Shown here: in pieces, positions 27,601 to 40,175 of the stretch
Position numbering within the stretch: the stretch's first letter is position 1
How the letters are laid out: every line of letters begins with the position of its first letter
Assembly: GCF_009914755.1 (NCBI RefSeq)
Contig: NC_060933.1
Origin: the human T2T-CHM13v2.0 reference genome, Homo sapiens
DNA length: 64,000 nt
Direction: 5' to 3' (one strand)
Made by a program: the position numbers and the translations under genes
Notes under the pieces: generated by a model
The model's database searches: none
What the model saw: the letters and a program-made list of their open reading frames with translations, nothing else
Told to the model about the DNA's origin: nothing

Positions 27601-30600
27601 GACCAATGTGCTTTATTTAATTATATTTTCTCAGTAACAATTTATTCCTTTCCAAGAATGGTGGGGCAGAAAAAGTATCAAGGTTCTGGCTTGTGTTTCT
27701 AGAATATCACACTTGAACATTCATATATTAAAATTGTGGAAGTCTATAAAATATATTATCAATTTCAGATGGCTTATATTTAGGTTACATTGGTCATAGA
27801 TTATTTTTGCAATCTGTGTCTATTCCTTCTCACTTCTCTTCTAACCAATGCCCTTCTAACCCCACCCTAGGACACTTCATATGGCTCTGAGACTGAATGT
27901 GTGTGATAATTTTTTTAATTATATTTGATTTTGACTTTGACACTATTTTTTCTTGATCAGGCAGCATGTTGTATTGAAAAGAATCCTGCCAGGGATACCA
28001 AATACAAAGGTTTTAGTGTAACTACCATTACTAGATATAAAACTTTAGGTCAATCACAAAGGGCCTCAATTTTTTCAAGTGTAAGGTGAGGGCTTAGACT
28101 AGACTATTTCTAAGTGTCTTCCCTTCTTTAAAATCCTTGATCATAACTTCACTATTTGTCATTAAAACAACTTCGGCTTATGGGAACTTTCTCACAGCCT
28201 TTCCAAAGTGCAATGAGTACCACACCATAAAGGAACCTTCAACATTACCCATAAACACAAATTCAGATTGGTTGAACACCATATAAACTTGATTTATTTG
28301 TAAATTTCAGACCCTGATATATTATTTTTGTTTTAACTGGGAGAACAATTCTCTCATGTAAATGTGAATAAGAAACATTCAAAACACTTAGGTAACGCAA
28401 TGTTATAAACTGCATTTTTACTATTATACAGTGATTGTCAAGAACAGTCTTTCTGTTGCAGAGAATCTCTGGATCCATATTTATATCCCTTAACTATGAC
28501 AGACTCCACATATACTTAGCAGTCTCTGCATTGCTTTGGCTGAGCCAAGAATGTCTTGGGAAGAACAGAACCACATGGAGTGTAGATAAGTTTTCCTCCA
28601 ACTTTATTCCTAATAATTGACAAAGAGATTGAGTGAGGTTATCGTTATTTTAATCTCTAAATCTTTGTTCATAATGAAACCTGTTTCTTATCCTTCTCCT
28701 AATATACTGTCTCATATTTATTTCCTCATTCTTCTTGCAATATCACAAAAGTTTGTGATGATTATAATAAGCTAGTTTCTTATAGAAGACCATATAAGTT
28801 TCAGTATTTGGAAACATCAGATGTCTAGTTGGTAATTAGGGATTAATCATAAGCATAAATAAATATTTAATTAATATAAATGATGAAGAAATAGCTCAGA
28901 AGCATCACAGCAGAAATGTTTTTCCTTTCAACAAAAGGACAATGTAATAATGAGAGGAAAAGCTTTGGATAATCAGCAGTTATAACACTGAAAAATGTTA
29001 CAACATACTTGTGCTGCATGGTCATTTTTAATAGCTCCACTTTGATTTTTGCCTCACTATACAATTGGGAGCAAACAACAGTATGAGTGTAAGTGTGTGC
29101 GTATGTTTCTCAGCAGGGCCTCTACTGAGGTAGAATTATTAATAAACTCAGTGTCAGTGCCAGAGGAAGAAGCCAAGAAGCCAATACAATTGAACAGCCT
29201 GGTGTTCTTAAGGGGGCCCAGGGCCTGGCTATGTTGCCAGCAATGAAAATCCCAGATAAGGTCTTGAGCCGATCAGCCTTTGCAGAGGCATCAAACCTAC
29301 TCTTGGTGAGCTCTGGCTAGACTATATCAGGAACATTTGAATAGCATGATTGAATTGTGGGGAAAGAAATACAATTCCAGATTCTGGTGTGACCTACAAC
29401 CAGCACTAGGTCTTGGGCATTCATGAGTCCACCAGTGTTCCTCCCAATACTTCTTCTTTCCCATGTTCTCTAGGGGCCTTAGATAATCCACACAGATTAA
29501 AAATGCAGGGAAAACAACTCCCACTCTGTGACCTCAAACTGGTTTCCTGGTACTGCTATTCTCTATTTTCATAATCTTGAGTCCATTCCCAAGGCTGTAG
29601 CCTTAATTCAGGCCACTGGTCAGCACTCAGATGGATCATTGCAGCTCCTCATTACTTGGGATCTGGGATCTTTCCCCTCTAATCTACAAATTTGGGTAAA
29701 AATCCCGTTTTGCATTCTTTCACTGCTATCACCCTCAGGAAAGAGTCCAAACTGCTTGCTGTTACATCCAAGGCTCTTCAGGAATTGGATTGTACTTCCA
29801 CCAGGATCATTTCTGAAAAAGTCCCCCACATGAGGAACCCCTTGCTGCAGCCAAATTGAATGACCTGCAGCAATTCCTTGGATTTGGCTTGCACGGTCCT
29901 GCCTTTGTTCAAGCTGCTTCTCCTGCCTGGGGCACCCTTCCTCTTCAATGTTTACCTTCATGGAGAACTTCTATGCATCCTTCAAGACTTGGCTCAAGTT
30001 TCTCTAAAGCTAAAATTGTAACAAAACACATGTTGATACGTTGTCAGCTCCTTGAAGGTAGGGACCACATCATATTCATGCTTGTTCCTACCTTAATATT
30101 TAATCTCCTATTATTCTTCCTGGGCTTCTTTCTATTATTTGGCCATGCCATGTCTCAGTTCAAATGTCACCTCTGCAAAGAGGCAGTGTCTGCAGTACCG
30201 ATCTAAAGTAGCACCACCTCATTAACCCAATCATTCTCTTATCACTCTGTTTCATTTCCACTGAAGCATTTGCCAGGATTAGAAATGATCTTATTTATCT
30301 TGATGTTAATTTGTTGCCCGCCCCAATTATCCCACCCCTCACTAGAATATATTCCTCTGCCCAGGATATAGGACATTGTCTACTTATTCACCGATGTAGC
30401 TCTAGTGTCTACAACAGTGCCTGGCACAAAGTAGTATCAATAAATCTCTTTGGAATGAGCATATTATATGTAGGGTTCGCATCTGAAGAAATACTTATAT
30501 ATAGGAGTATTTTATGAGGAGTTTTCCCAGTGAGTCTAAATAAAAAGGCAGTCATCCAAATCTACCTCTCTCTTGTTTCCACCTCTCTAGCAACTATGCC

Positions 30601-30684
30601 CTGAGTCATTATTTGAATGTTGTTACCTTTTCCCTTTTATAGCTTTTCTTTGCAGGTTAAGCATCAGTTAAGGCCTTGTCAAGG

Positions 30685-30960
30685 CCTTTTAGAGCACAGC
30701 CACTGGAGCCACACTTGTTCAGATCCAAGCCCTGGCCAAGTATGGCTTTGGCCCAGCCAAATTGGATGACCTGCAGCAACTTCTTGGATTTGGCTTGCGT
30801 GCTTCTGCCTTTGTTCAAGCTGCTTATCTGTGCTTCAGTTTCCACATTTATAAAATGATTCCTGCTTCATAAAATTATTGGGATGATTACAAGAATTTGT
30901 ACAAAACACTCAGAACAGTGCCAGTCATAGAAAATGCAGTATATATGTTAGTCAAACAAT
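30685..30960 (+). mobile_element. MIR, interrupted by a 72-bp local duplication
   Basis: AGAGCACAGCCACTGGAGCC...CTGTGCTTCAGTTTCCACATTTATAAAATG MIR core. Confidence 0.7.
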
Positions 30961-31103
30961 ACTGTTTTCTGTCATGTAGGGGCAGGACACAATTGACAAA
31001 TCCAAAATACAGAAGCATCTGTGGAAATGGAATGTGGTATGGAAAGTATGTGTGACAGAGAAATGAGAGCAGCTGGGCATTTGCTTCCAGGAATTCAAAA
31101 CAA

Positions 31104-31109
31104 TTTATT
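31104..31109 (-). terminator. PLGRKT: PLGRKT polyadenylation signal AATAAA (second candidate at 31204-31209)
   Basis: TTTATT on + strand about 245 nt past the stop codon. Confidence 0.65.
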
Positions 31110-31352
31110 AATTTTACACTTAGATATTGGTAATGCACACAGAGAGAGGAAATCTAAAAGTTATTTAGAGCACCTCCATGATTTTGTGTTGAATGTTATA
31201 AATTTTATTTTAAAATAGCTCAAAACTATCTTGCATTTTAATATTTTAAAATAAAATCTATAATATCAAAATCTTGAGCATTTAAAAAACTGTAAAAACC
31301 ATGATTCAAGTCAATAATTCTGTGCTTTGAGATTTGATTGGTAAGCATGATT

Positions 31353-31474
31353 TCATTTGTCTATGAAGAATCTACTCTGTTCCTTTCTGGCTTTTTCAAT
31401 GCTTTCAAAAGTGATCATTCCTCTTGGCAGCTGCAATTTACTCTTTTCTGTTTCCAGTATGTCCTCAGCTTCAC
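31353..31474 (-). CDS. PLGRKT: Plasminogen receptor (KT), last coding exon ending in the C-terminal lysine
   Basis: Acceptor TTTAAG|GTGAAG. Encodes GEAEDILETEKSKLQLPRGMITFESIEKARKEQSRFFIDK-TGA; the terminal K is the plasminogen-binding residue. Confidence 0.97.
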
Positions 31475-32175
31475 CTTAAATAAAGTACAGAAATACACAA
31501 GGTGACAAAGGGGTCATCAGCAATTTGTGACAAAGCCTGATTGCTATATTCCTTGACAGGCTCTAACACCGTATGAGCCATGTCCCCAATCTCACACTTA
31601 AACATTTTCCTCAGGAGAGGTAATATACTTCCCAGAGGAAACACAGTGATGAATTCTGAACACCCATAAATAAATCAGGAGCTACAGATGGTATTTTTGA
31701 CATGTAGAAGAGAAAGAACATCAAGATAAGTAATTTTTTCCCTTGAACCAAAGTCAGGATTCGTATTAATTCTGTTTGGAGGGATTTGGGTAGAGAAACC
31801 ACACATAGTCTTTCCCATTGTCCTTTAATATAAGTGACAAGAGAGAAAGTAAAGTTTACTACAAATTCTAATTTTTCAGAAAAGCTAATCTTCAACCTGA
31901 CATTACTTGTAAACACTTAAAATAATATTAAATGTTCTTCAGTCTGTATACATACAAATATACATATATACACATCTTTATAAACAATTCCTCTTTCAAA
32001 GAGCTACACAACGCAGTAATTTCTTGGGCCCAGTGACATTTGCCAGGTTTTATTGTCGAAGACTACTTAGCACATTGTAAAAAATTGTATTACAGTACAT
32101 GTTTACATTTTATAAGCCTCCCTTGGGATTAAAAGGTAACACTTTCTGTGAGTACTCCTCTTTTAACACACTATT

Positions 32176-32463
32176 TTATTTTTTTTTTTTTTTTGAGACA
32201 GTGTCTAGCTCTGTCGCCTAGGCTGGAGTGCAGTGGTGCAATCTCAGCTCACTGCAGCCTCTGTCTCCTGGGTTCAAGTGATTCTTGTACCTCAGCCTCC
32301 TGAGTAGCTGGGACTACAGGTGGTGTACACCGGCTAATTTTTTGTATTTTTCATAGAGACAGGATTTCATCATGTTGGACAGGCTGGTCTCAAACTCAAG
32401 TGATCTGCCTGCTTTGGCCTCCCAAAGTGCTGGGATTACAGGTGTGAGCCACTGCACCTGGCC
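32176..32463 (-). mobile_element. Alu (S/J) in the last PLGRKT intron
   Basis: Antisense Alu; TSD TTTAACACACTATT. Confidence 0.9.
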
Positions 32464-32918
32464 TTCCTTTAACACACTATTAATTGTACTCCAAACCCAA
32501 CAGAACAGACCATAGTTTTCAAATTATAAGAGCATTTCAATCATCTGCAAATGTCTTATTTTTTTTACCTCTGTCTCAAATAGCAAGTAAAATTCATTAT
32601 AAAATTATATGTAATTAGGTTGGCCATTGATGACAGACTAGATGTTTTCCACGTGAGAGAGCCTTTCTTCCAGTTGGTAAATTCTCATCATGTGTTAAAA
32701 GAATGGCTGATGATAAACTCAGTCGAATAGGGATTGTATATTTTAGGGTCATCACTATTAACATGGAAAAAAACTATAATCTACATTTTCTAATGTGATA
32801 AGTTTTCTGATGAATTTGACTTTTTTTTAAACAGGAAATTCCCACAAAAATTTCCTATTAAATTTCTGTGCCAGCTGGGTCAAATTCCAGGGCAATAAAA
32901 ATCAGGATTCTGTGACAG

Positions 32919-34045
32919 CAGCAGTATGCTGGTGAATATTTACCAACCAGTTCTCTGAAAATAAAATGTATATAAATGTATAATATATATGTTTATTACA
33001 CGTGTTATACATGTTCACTATACATAAAAATATGTATCATAATAAAATGTACATAAAATTCCACATACTAAATTGATTCTCACAGAATGCTTTCATTGAT
33101 TTTTATGGAATGCTTGAATCTGTAGCCAGCCTATGTTGCAGCTGATGAGAGAGTATAATGGATGATGGTTGGTGTTTTCATTTACACTAATGAGTAGGAC
33201 AAAAGTGAAACAATTGTTTCCTTCAAGACAAATGTTGGAACTTCATTTATTTGAGAATGATGTAAACAACTTATTTGCTGAACTGGATAATAGTTTTTCA
33301 ATATTAGAAGAATATTTCACCAACTTTTATGCTACTTACAATGTAATAGTTACAGACAAAGCACACTTTTAAGCTTAATCTGCATTATTAGCATTTTCTT
33401 CATCAAGTTTTAAAATCTAGACCATAGGTTGGCAAACTCTCTTAAAGGGCCAGACAGTAAATATTATAGGCTTGTGGACTCATGTTTCTGTTTCAAGGAT
33501 GGCTCTGTCATGGTAATGGGAAGGCAGCCACAGACAATACATAAATGAATGAGCATGGATGTGTCCCAATAAAACTTTATTTTGGAAAACAGGTGGCCAG
33601 CCTCAGGCCATCATTTTTCAACCCCTGGTCCAGACAATCAACAAAATAAGAAGTCAAGCCTTGATTTGGCAACAACAGATTTCCATTGTGTAAATATTCC
33701 CACCAAGACCAACTTCAGGCTACCAATGGGATGTCACTGAAACTGGACTGTAGCTGTATTTTGTTTTGTCTGTGTATTATATCTGCATTTCTATCACATA
33801 GATACAATAGCTATAAATAACCAGAGTATGGATAATAGTAAATATTTAGAAACAGATGAGTTCTGTTTATTACCTTTGTTTTAAACACAATTTAATATTA
33901 TTTATTTGCTGTAATTTATTTATTGCAAGTTTATAAAAGTTTTAATACATTAAGTGACTATGTTTAACAACCAGCTTACACAATCCCTGAAAATGTAGCG
34001 ATTGGTTCTTGTGAGCTGGTATGAGCTGGCTCTAGGACACCACTG
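32919..34045. mobile_element. MER63-like hAT DNA transposon
   Basis: Ends CAGCAGTATGCTGG and CTAGGACACCACTG; 8-bp TSD TGTGACAG/TGTGAAAG. Confidence 0.7.
33423..33627. mobile_element. MER58A hAT-Charlie element nested in the MER63-like element
   Basis: CATAGGTTGGCAAACT...AAAGGGCCAGACAGTAAATATT...CAACCCCTG; TSD-like ATCTAGAC/GTCCAGAC. Confidence 0.75.
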
Positions 34046-34191
34046 TGTGAAAGGGAGCAGAAATGTTGCTCATTGGAGGTTCAAAGAGAGAGTCTTGTCA
34101 GAATCTTTATAAGTCAAAGGTTCCTAAGGCAGGGATCCTTGAAATGGAAAATAAATCAGCAAATAGAAACTCTAGTTTACCAAAGACTTAC

Positions 34192-34301
34192 CTTTCATTC
34201 TTTCTAAAAGGGTTCCATAGCCCAAGTCATACTGGTAGGTGAGGATAAAGCTTAATGGAACAATCGGGACCAGGAAGGCTGGCTTCTTTTTTTTAATCGC
34301 T
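34192..34301 (-). CDS. PLGRKT: Plasminogen receptor (KT), penultimate coding exon
   Basis: Acceptor GAAACAG|AGCG and donor AAG|GTAAGT, 110 nt. Encodes AIKKKKPAFLVPIVPLSFILTYQYDLGYGTLLERMK; phases match the neighbouring exons. Confidence 0.97.
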
Positions 34302-34871
34302 CTGTTTCAAGAATTAAAAGAAGAACCAATATCAAAAAATAACCTGTAAATACATATCTGTATACTTAAAGAAAAAAAAATACCTGCTTTTTGGAAGAAT
34401 GCCTTTTCCTTCAGAAGTTACTTAACACATTTGATAATTCTATGGAAATAGGATTTCCTTACCCAATACCCCTAACCAGATTCTGCAGTTCTCAAGGGCA
34501 AGGTCTGTGACTTGCTCATCTTTATTTGACTCTGAAGCTCAGGTTCCTTGTTTTTAAAATGAGTAAGGATTGGTATCTACCACTAAGGGATTGTGGAGAT
34601 AAACACATAGAGCCCTTCTTGGTGTCAAGTTGGTGCTCTCTCTCTCTAACTAATAAAGTAGAGAAAAAGACAGAAGCAACCTAGGAAACTAAATTAACTG
34701 TTACTGCCTTGCTTTCACAGAGTTACCCCCAAGGACTAAGGTTAATAGGTTACTTTGGTTACATACACTATTTGGACCAAAGTCTTATTCTGGCCAACTT
34801 CATAATAAAATGGTAATGGAAAACACAAAAAGAAGTAAATGACTGAAGAAAATGTTAAATAGCAAACATAC

Positions 34872-35002
34872 CCAGCTGTTAAAGAGATGGCTGCAAGGCC
34901 AAAAAAAGTTCCAAAATATTTGAGGAATTCCCGAGACCACGCAATCTGCATGGCCATTTGTCTTTCCCTCATTTCACTCTGCATGATGAGCTGCCTTTCC
35001 AG
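34872..35002 (-). CDS. PLGRKT: Plasminogen receptor (KT), internal coding exon
   Basis: Acceptor GTCCTTAG|CTGGAA and donor GG|GTATGT, 131 nt. Encodes LERQLIMQSEMRERQMAMQIAWSREFLKYFGTFFGLAAISLTAG (first TM helix). Confidence 0.97.
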
Positions 35003-35956
35003 CTAAGGACAAAACAAAAGACAAAGTAAAGTTACTCATCTTTGGAATCTGAACAAATAGTTAATAATCTGTTTTTCCAGCGGATTCATTCTTCAATTGC
35101 TTTAATTCATGTTTTTTCAAAAAAATCTCAACAGACTTTGAATAAAGTTCCTTTGGACAGCTCTCACCAACTGTCACCTTGGCAGTGAAATCTTCCTGGA
35201 ATAAATACAGAATAGATATCAATATTCCATTTTTACACCCTGAGGTCTTGACTGCCTGTGGTCTGGAGCTTTAGCCAAGTCTCAAATAAATGTCCAGCTT
35301 TTCCTATTGGATGTGTGGAAAGATCTATGGGTCTTTAAATGTAGATACATCTTATTGGCCTTTATTTCTACTTGCATGGAAATCTGCCTTCCAAATCCAT
35401 TCCAAATTGAAATTTATTTGGAGTATTTATTTGCTCCATATCATACCACAATATCATAGTAGATGGGTGTTGTTTTGAGACATCTATAGAGATTTTTCTT
35501 TGCCACATTTTTCTCGCCTCAAGTTCTTCACCACTTTGTTCAGTGCCTTTCACTGCTTTGAACAGAAGGCAGATGGCTCAGAACAGAGAAGGAAACTGAA
35601 TTTCTAAAATGATTTTTAGAAAATACTCAGGAGAAGCAACTGTCTGTAAACCCAAGCCCATTATTTGAAGAGAGTTATATTCTTGACAGAGAAAAGTGTT
35701 GTTGGCATTGTTGTTGATGTTTTAATTCTAAAATCTTGGCACTACATGTCATTAGCCAAGCTAGAGGGCAATACACAGGGAGTTCATGATGCAAGGAAGA
35801 GGAGAGGAAGGAATAATAATGTGATTTAGTTTTCCCTCCATGCCCTCTTTCTACTGAGGGGAGTAGCTGGGAGGGGCGAATGATAGTTTAGATGTAAAGA
35901 TGGGGCTTGGCTCCTTGGCCTATTTGGGAGGTTAAATCACCAGAAGATATGACGGA

Positions 35957-36793
35957 AGCCTCAGATGGGTTTGGGAATCCCTAAACAGAGAAGACTTGTG
36001 GCCTTGCTTCCTGCGGAGAATTCTGGGAGGGAGCAGCTACAGCACAGCAGAAATGGTTTCAGGGCAGACCTTGCAGAGAGCACACCTAAGAGAGGCCGCT
36101 TCCATCTCCCTCAACAGCCAAGGGGTGTGGAGGAAGGCTGGAAGGTTCTCACATCAGCTGGAGAGGGGCACAGAAGGTAACCGCGGATTGAGAGCAGGGG
36201 GACTACCAATGAGTCCAAAACCTAGAGCCAGCGGACCCCATAACAGACACTTGGGGAGTGAACATAAGCCAGTGGCTGGGTGGGGAAGGCCACTCACTGG
36301 ATCCCAGAGGATCAGCAGCACCCGAGAGTGCTTTTCTGCTTTGTTTTCTGTTCAATCAACCTGGACAGCGCCACATGATGTTCCCTAAGGGCATGTGGCC
36401 ATGTTCCAGGCTGGCGTAACCATCATCGCCATACTCTCAGGTGCTACTGATCCTCTGGGATCCAGTGGCCTTCCCCACTCAGCCACTGGCTTATATTCAC
36501 TCCCAAGTGTGTGTTATGGGGTCCCCTGGCCCAAGGTTTTGGACTCTGGTAGGCCACCTGCTCTCAATCTTCAGCTACCTTCTCTGGCCCTCTCCAGCTG
36601 ATGTGAGAACCTTGCAGACTTTCTTCACACCCCTTGGCCGCTGAGGGAGACGGAAGTGGCCTCTCTTAGGCATGCTCTCTGTGAGGTCTGCTCTGAAACC
36701 ATTTATGCTCTGCAGTACCTGCTCCCTCCCAACATTCTCCACAGGAAGCAGGGCCATAATTCTCTGTCTGGGGATCCCCAGATGCATCTGGCT
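35957..36793. repeat. Long inverted repeat (arms 35957-36329 and 36433-36793, ~85% identity)
   Basis: The reverse complement of the right arm aligns end to end with the left arm, e.g. AAGGTTCTCACATCAGCTGGAGAGGG and CACTGGATCCCAGAGGATCAG. Confidence 0.95.
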
Positions 36794-37189
36794 AGATGTG
36801 CCTTCCCTGATGCTGGTGCCACCTGAGATCACCTGGACCCAAGCCTAGGTCATACCAGGGAAAAGATGAACGGAGAAGGGGAGGAGGAAAGCTGAATTCA
36901 ACTATTTTCTCCCAAAGAACCGAGTTTTAAACTAGAAGTAATTGAGTAACTTTGACTTGTCAAAATTAAATTTGCTGTCACCAAGAGAAACTGAGGTTCA
37001 TTTTGAGTTCAATTAGAGTTTAAAAATAGATGTGTTTTTGCACAAGATTAGTGTGTGAAATTCATCCTTGCCACATTACTTATTTACAAAACTTACATAC
37101 TGATTCATCATATCCCCCAAAGTGATGTAAATACAGCAATTAATTATTTGTGTTTTTATCAAAAGGCAGCAAACAAGAAATAGAGGAGT

Positions 37190-37390
37190 CCAGACTGGTT
37201 CTAAACCTTTGCTGCACAACATGAGCATCTGGGGAGATTTTCAAAGGTCTAGTAACCAGATATACCTCCCAGACCAACTAAACCAAGTGGGATCAATTAA
37301 GTCAGGATCTGGAGGTAAAATCAGGCATCCATAATTTCTAAAGGCTTCCAGATAGTTCCCGTGTGCAGCCGGGACTGAGAACCGTCACCT
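37190..37390. mobile_element. MER5-like hAT relic
   Basis: GGTTCTAAACCTTTGCTGCAC...GTGCAGCCGGGACTGAGAACC. Confidence 0.6.
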
Positions 37391-37489
37391 GAAATGAAAG
37401 ACTCATAGCTCATATTTTTTTTCCCACAAAAGATCAACCTGAGATATCAACCTGAAAGAGATTACCTGGGAACTCTCAAAAGATTGTGA

Positions 37490-38955
37490 GCAGAGGGGCT
37501 TTCAGGGTGATGGAGTTAATCTGTATGGTACTATCGTGGTGGATACATGACATTCTGCATTTGTCAAAACTCATAAAACTTTACAGCACAGGGTGAACCT
37601 TAGTGCATACAAATTTTACAAATCAGCCAAAAGGGCAAGGGATGCACAAGATGGAATGGGGACTGTGACAAAATAATCTGACTGTGCTACAAATGTGTGG
37701 CACAATCTCAATGAAGGGTTGGGGGAAAAGAACTGATCTATCTTTGGAAAATGGTATTTTGACTAAAAACTGTAAAACTAAAGACAAAGGACTATACATA
37801 AACACTGTACTCTAGTGAGTAAAACTGTCTCTCACGAGTTACAGATTAACAATTCTGAAACTGCTTTACATGTCTACTGGAGATGAGCAACAAGTAAATT
37901 GACAGAAGATGGTGGAAGCCAGGTTTCTTATTATTAAACAGGGAGATTACAAACAAGCAAGAGGAAAAGACTAGAATGAACCATGTGGTACTGGATTAGA
38001 GCCAATGACATCAGTATGAACTCATGCTTAGTGCTTGATACAGACATAGACAAGGATGAAATTATAGATATGCATATCTATATGCATGCATAGATTAGGC
38101 ATTCATGGCTTAGTGTAAGTACATACATTATCTCAGCTCTGTCCACTGACAGGGCATAGAGGCAATAACAACCCCTTGCAAACAAGCATACCTAACACCC
38201 AGAAACACCCAGACATGATTTCTACTCTCCAAAAAAAATAAATAAATAAACCAGGGCTCCTTAGAGAAATAGCTGGCCTAGGACTGGGGCAAGAAATGTA
38301 TAAGAGGAGCCTACAGAATCTTATAGTGCCAGAAAGTCAAGAGATACTAAAATAATAATAATGATGATGGAGTATGTCAAAGGGACACAGGGGTCAATCT
38401 GAAAGAGCTCCTAATGTCCAAAGCTGGAACAATTTTATCAGCAAAATAAATAACATAGTGTTGGATTATAACCTAAAGTACAAAATAAATATCCATAAGC
38501 CTATACTAACATAAATGGAGAAGAGACAAATATCCTGTACAGAAGAATTCCAACTCATTTATATACATACTCCTCCTCCCTCTTCAAAGAAGTGGAGCTT
38601 AACTCCCACCCCTTGATCTTGGGCTTTGCTTAGTTACTTGCTCCCAATGAAAACAGTATGAAAGGGCAGCGTGAGGGATGAAGAAGCTAAAGAGACAAGA
38701 AGACTAAATGTCATGTGGCATCCTGGGTGAGATTCTGGGACAGAAAAAGAACATTAGAGACAAACAAATGAAACCTGAACGTGGGATGTATTGAATAGTA
38801 ATGGATCAATGTTAGTTTCTTATTTGTGGCAAATGTGCCATGGTAATGGTAAGATGTTAACAGCAGGGCACAATGAATGTAGGGTATTCAGGAATTCTAT
38901 ATGCCTTTTCTAAAAACCTAAAACTACTCTCAAATTTAAGTATATTTAAAAAACT
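37490..38955 (+). mobile_element. L1MC/MD 3' end
   Basis: GTGGATACATGACATTCTGCATTTGTCAAAACTCATA and the downstream L1MD-like 3' UTR. Confidence 0.65.
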
Positions 38956-39669
38956 AGTCATGAACAAATATTATATTCTGAGTCGGTTCCCTTACTGTTA
39001 AGAATAAAGGCAATCTTGTCCATCTTTCATAGATAAATTATGAAAATCAGCAAGGTTGTGTATCTGTGATAAACTATGGGCCTAGAGTGAGAAAAAATTC
39101 CATGCAGACTCTCTCCATGAGCAAAACATTCTAATGAAAGATATTTTGATCTGTAATGTTAATTATCAATTAAAATGTTATTAACTATTCTATATTTCAT
39201 AAGATTATGTTTAAATTCATAGGTCTATATCTGCACACATCTTAAAAATCAAATTAATAAACTTGACTGTCAAATTTTTCAATAACCATAAAGGGATAAA
39301 TGAATTAATGCAATTATTAACTTACCAATAATTGGCATCCTTTAACTATGTGTACATTCATTTTCAACCTTCCTTCCCAATTACTGACATTAAAAACAAC
39401 AAATAAAAGCAAAACAGAACATGTGCAGCAAGTTCTCTTAATGGTTGTTAACACAAATCCTAAATACAAAATTCTTTATCCTATTTTAAAAGAAATGTAG
39501 ACCTTTTATAATAATAATTTTCTTATCTCTGGACCTTTTGATACTGCTCTACAGAATAATTTGAAATCAAAATGTTCCTGATTATAACTTCACACTCTGA
39601 GGATTTTACAGGCTTATCTGATGCTAGTTTAACAATTAGAGAACCACAATTAATTTCAAAGAGAGCACA

Positions 39670-40131
39670 TAAGACGCTCCACAAACTAGGCATCGAAGGA
39701 ACATATCTCAAAATAATAAGAGCCATCTATGACAAACTCACAGCCTATGACAACATCACTGAATGTGAAAAAGCTAGAAGCATTCCCCTTGAAAACTAGA
39801 ACAAAACAAGGATGCCCCCTCTCACCACTGCTATTCAATGTAGTACTGGAAGTCCTAGCCAGAGCAATCAGGCAAGAGAAAGAAATAAAAGGCATCCAAA
39901 TGGAAAAACAAGTCAAATAATCCCTCCTCACTGAATATGATCCTATATTAGGAAAACCTAAAGATGCTGCCAAGAGGCTCCTACCCCTAATAAATAGACC
40001 TAATAAACAACTTCAGTAAAGTTTCAAGATACAAAATCAACAAACAAAAATTAGTAGCATTTCTACACACCAATAATGGTCATGCTGAGAGCCAAATCAA
40101 GAATGCAATCCCATTTACAACAGACAGACAG

Positions 40132-40175
<44 letters not shown>

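Noticed and set aside
34742-34871. Hydrophobic tail of the 80-aa ORF
   Set aside because: Intronic read-through after the PLGRKT donor site.
35965-36832. Two homologous ORFs on opposite strands (71 aa +, 85 aa -) ending at equivalent stops
   Set aside because: They are a by-product of the inverted repeat. Many substitutions change amino acids, and there is no recognisable domain or gene structure.
39326-39480. Possible cryptic PLGRKT exon (AATAG| ... TTG|GTAAGT)
   Set aside because: Weak polypyrimidine tract and very AT-rich body; compatible with chance.
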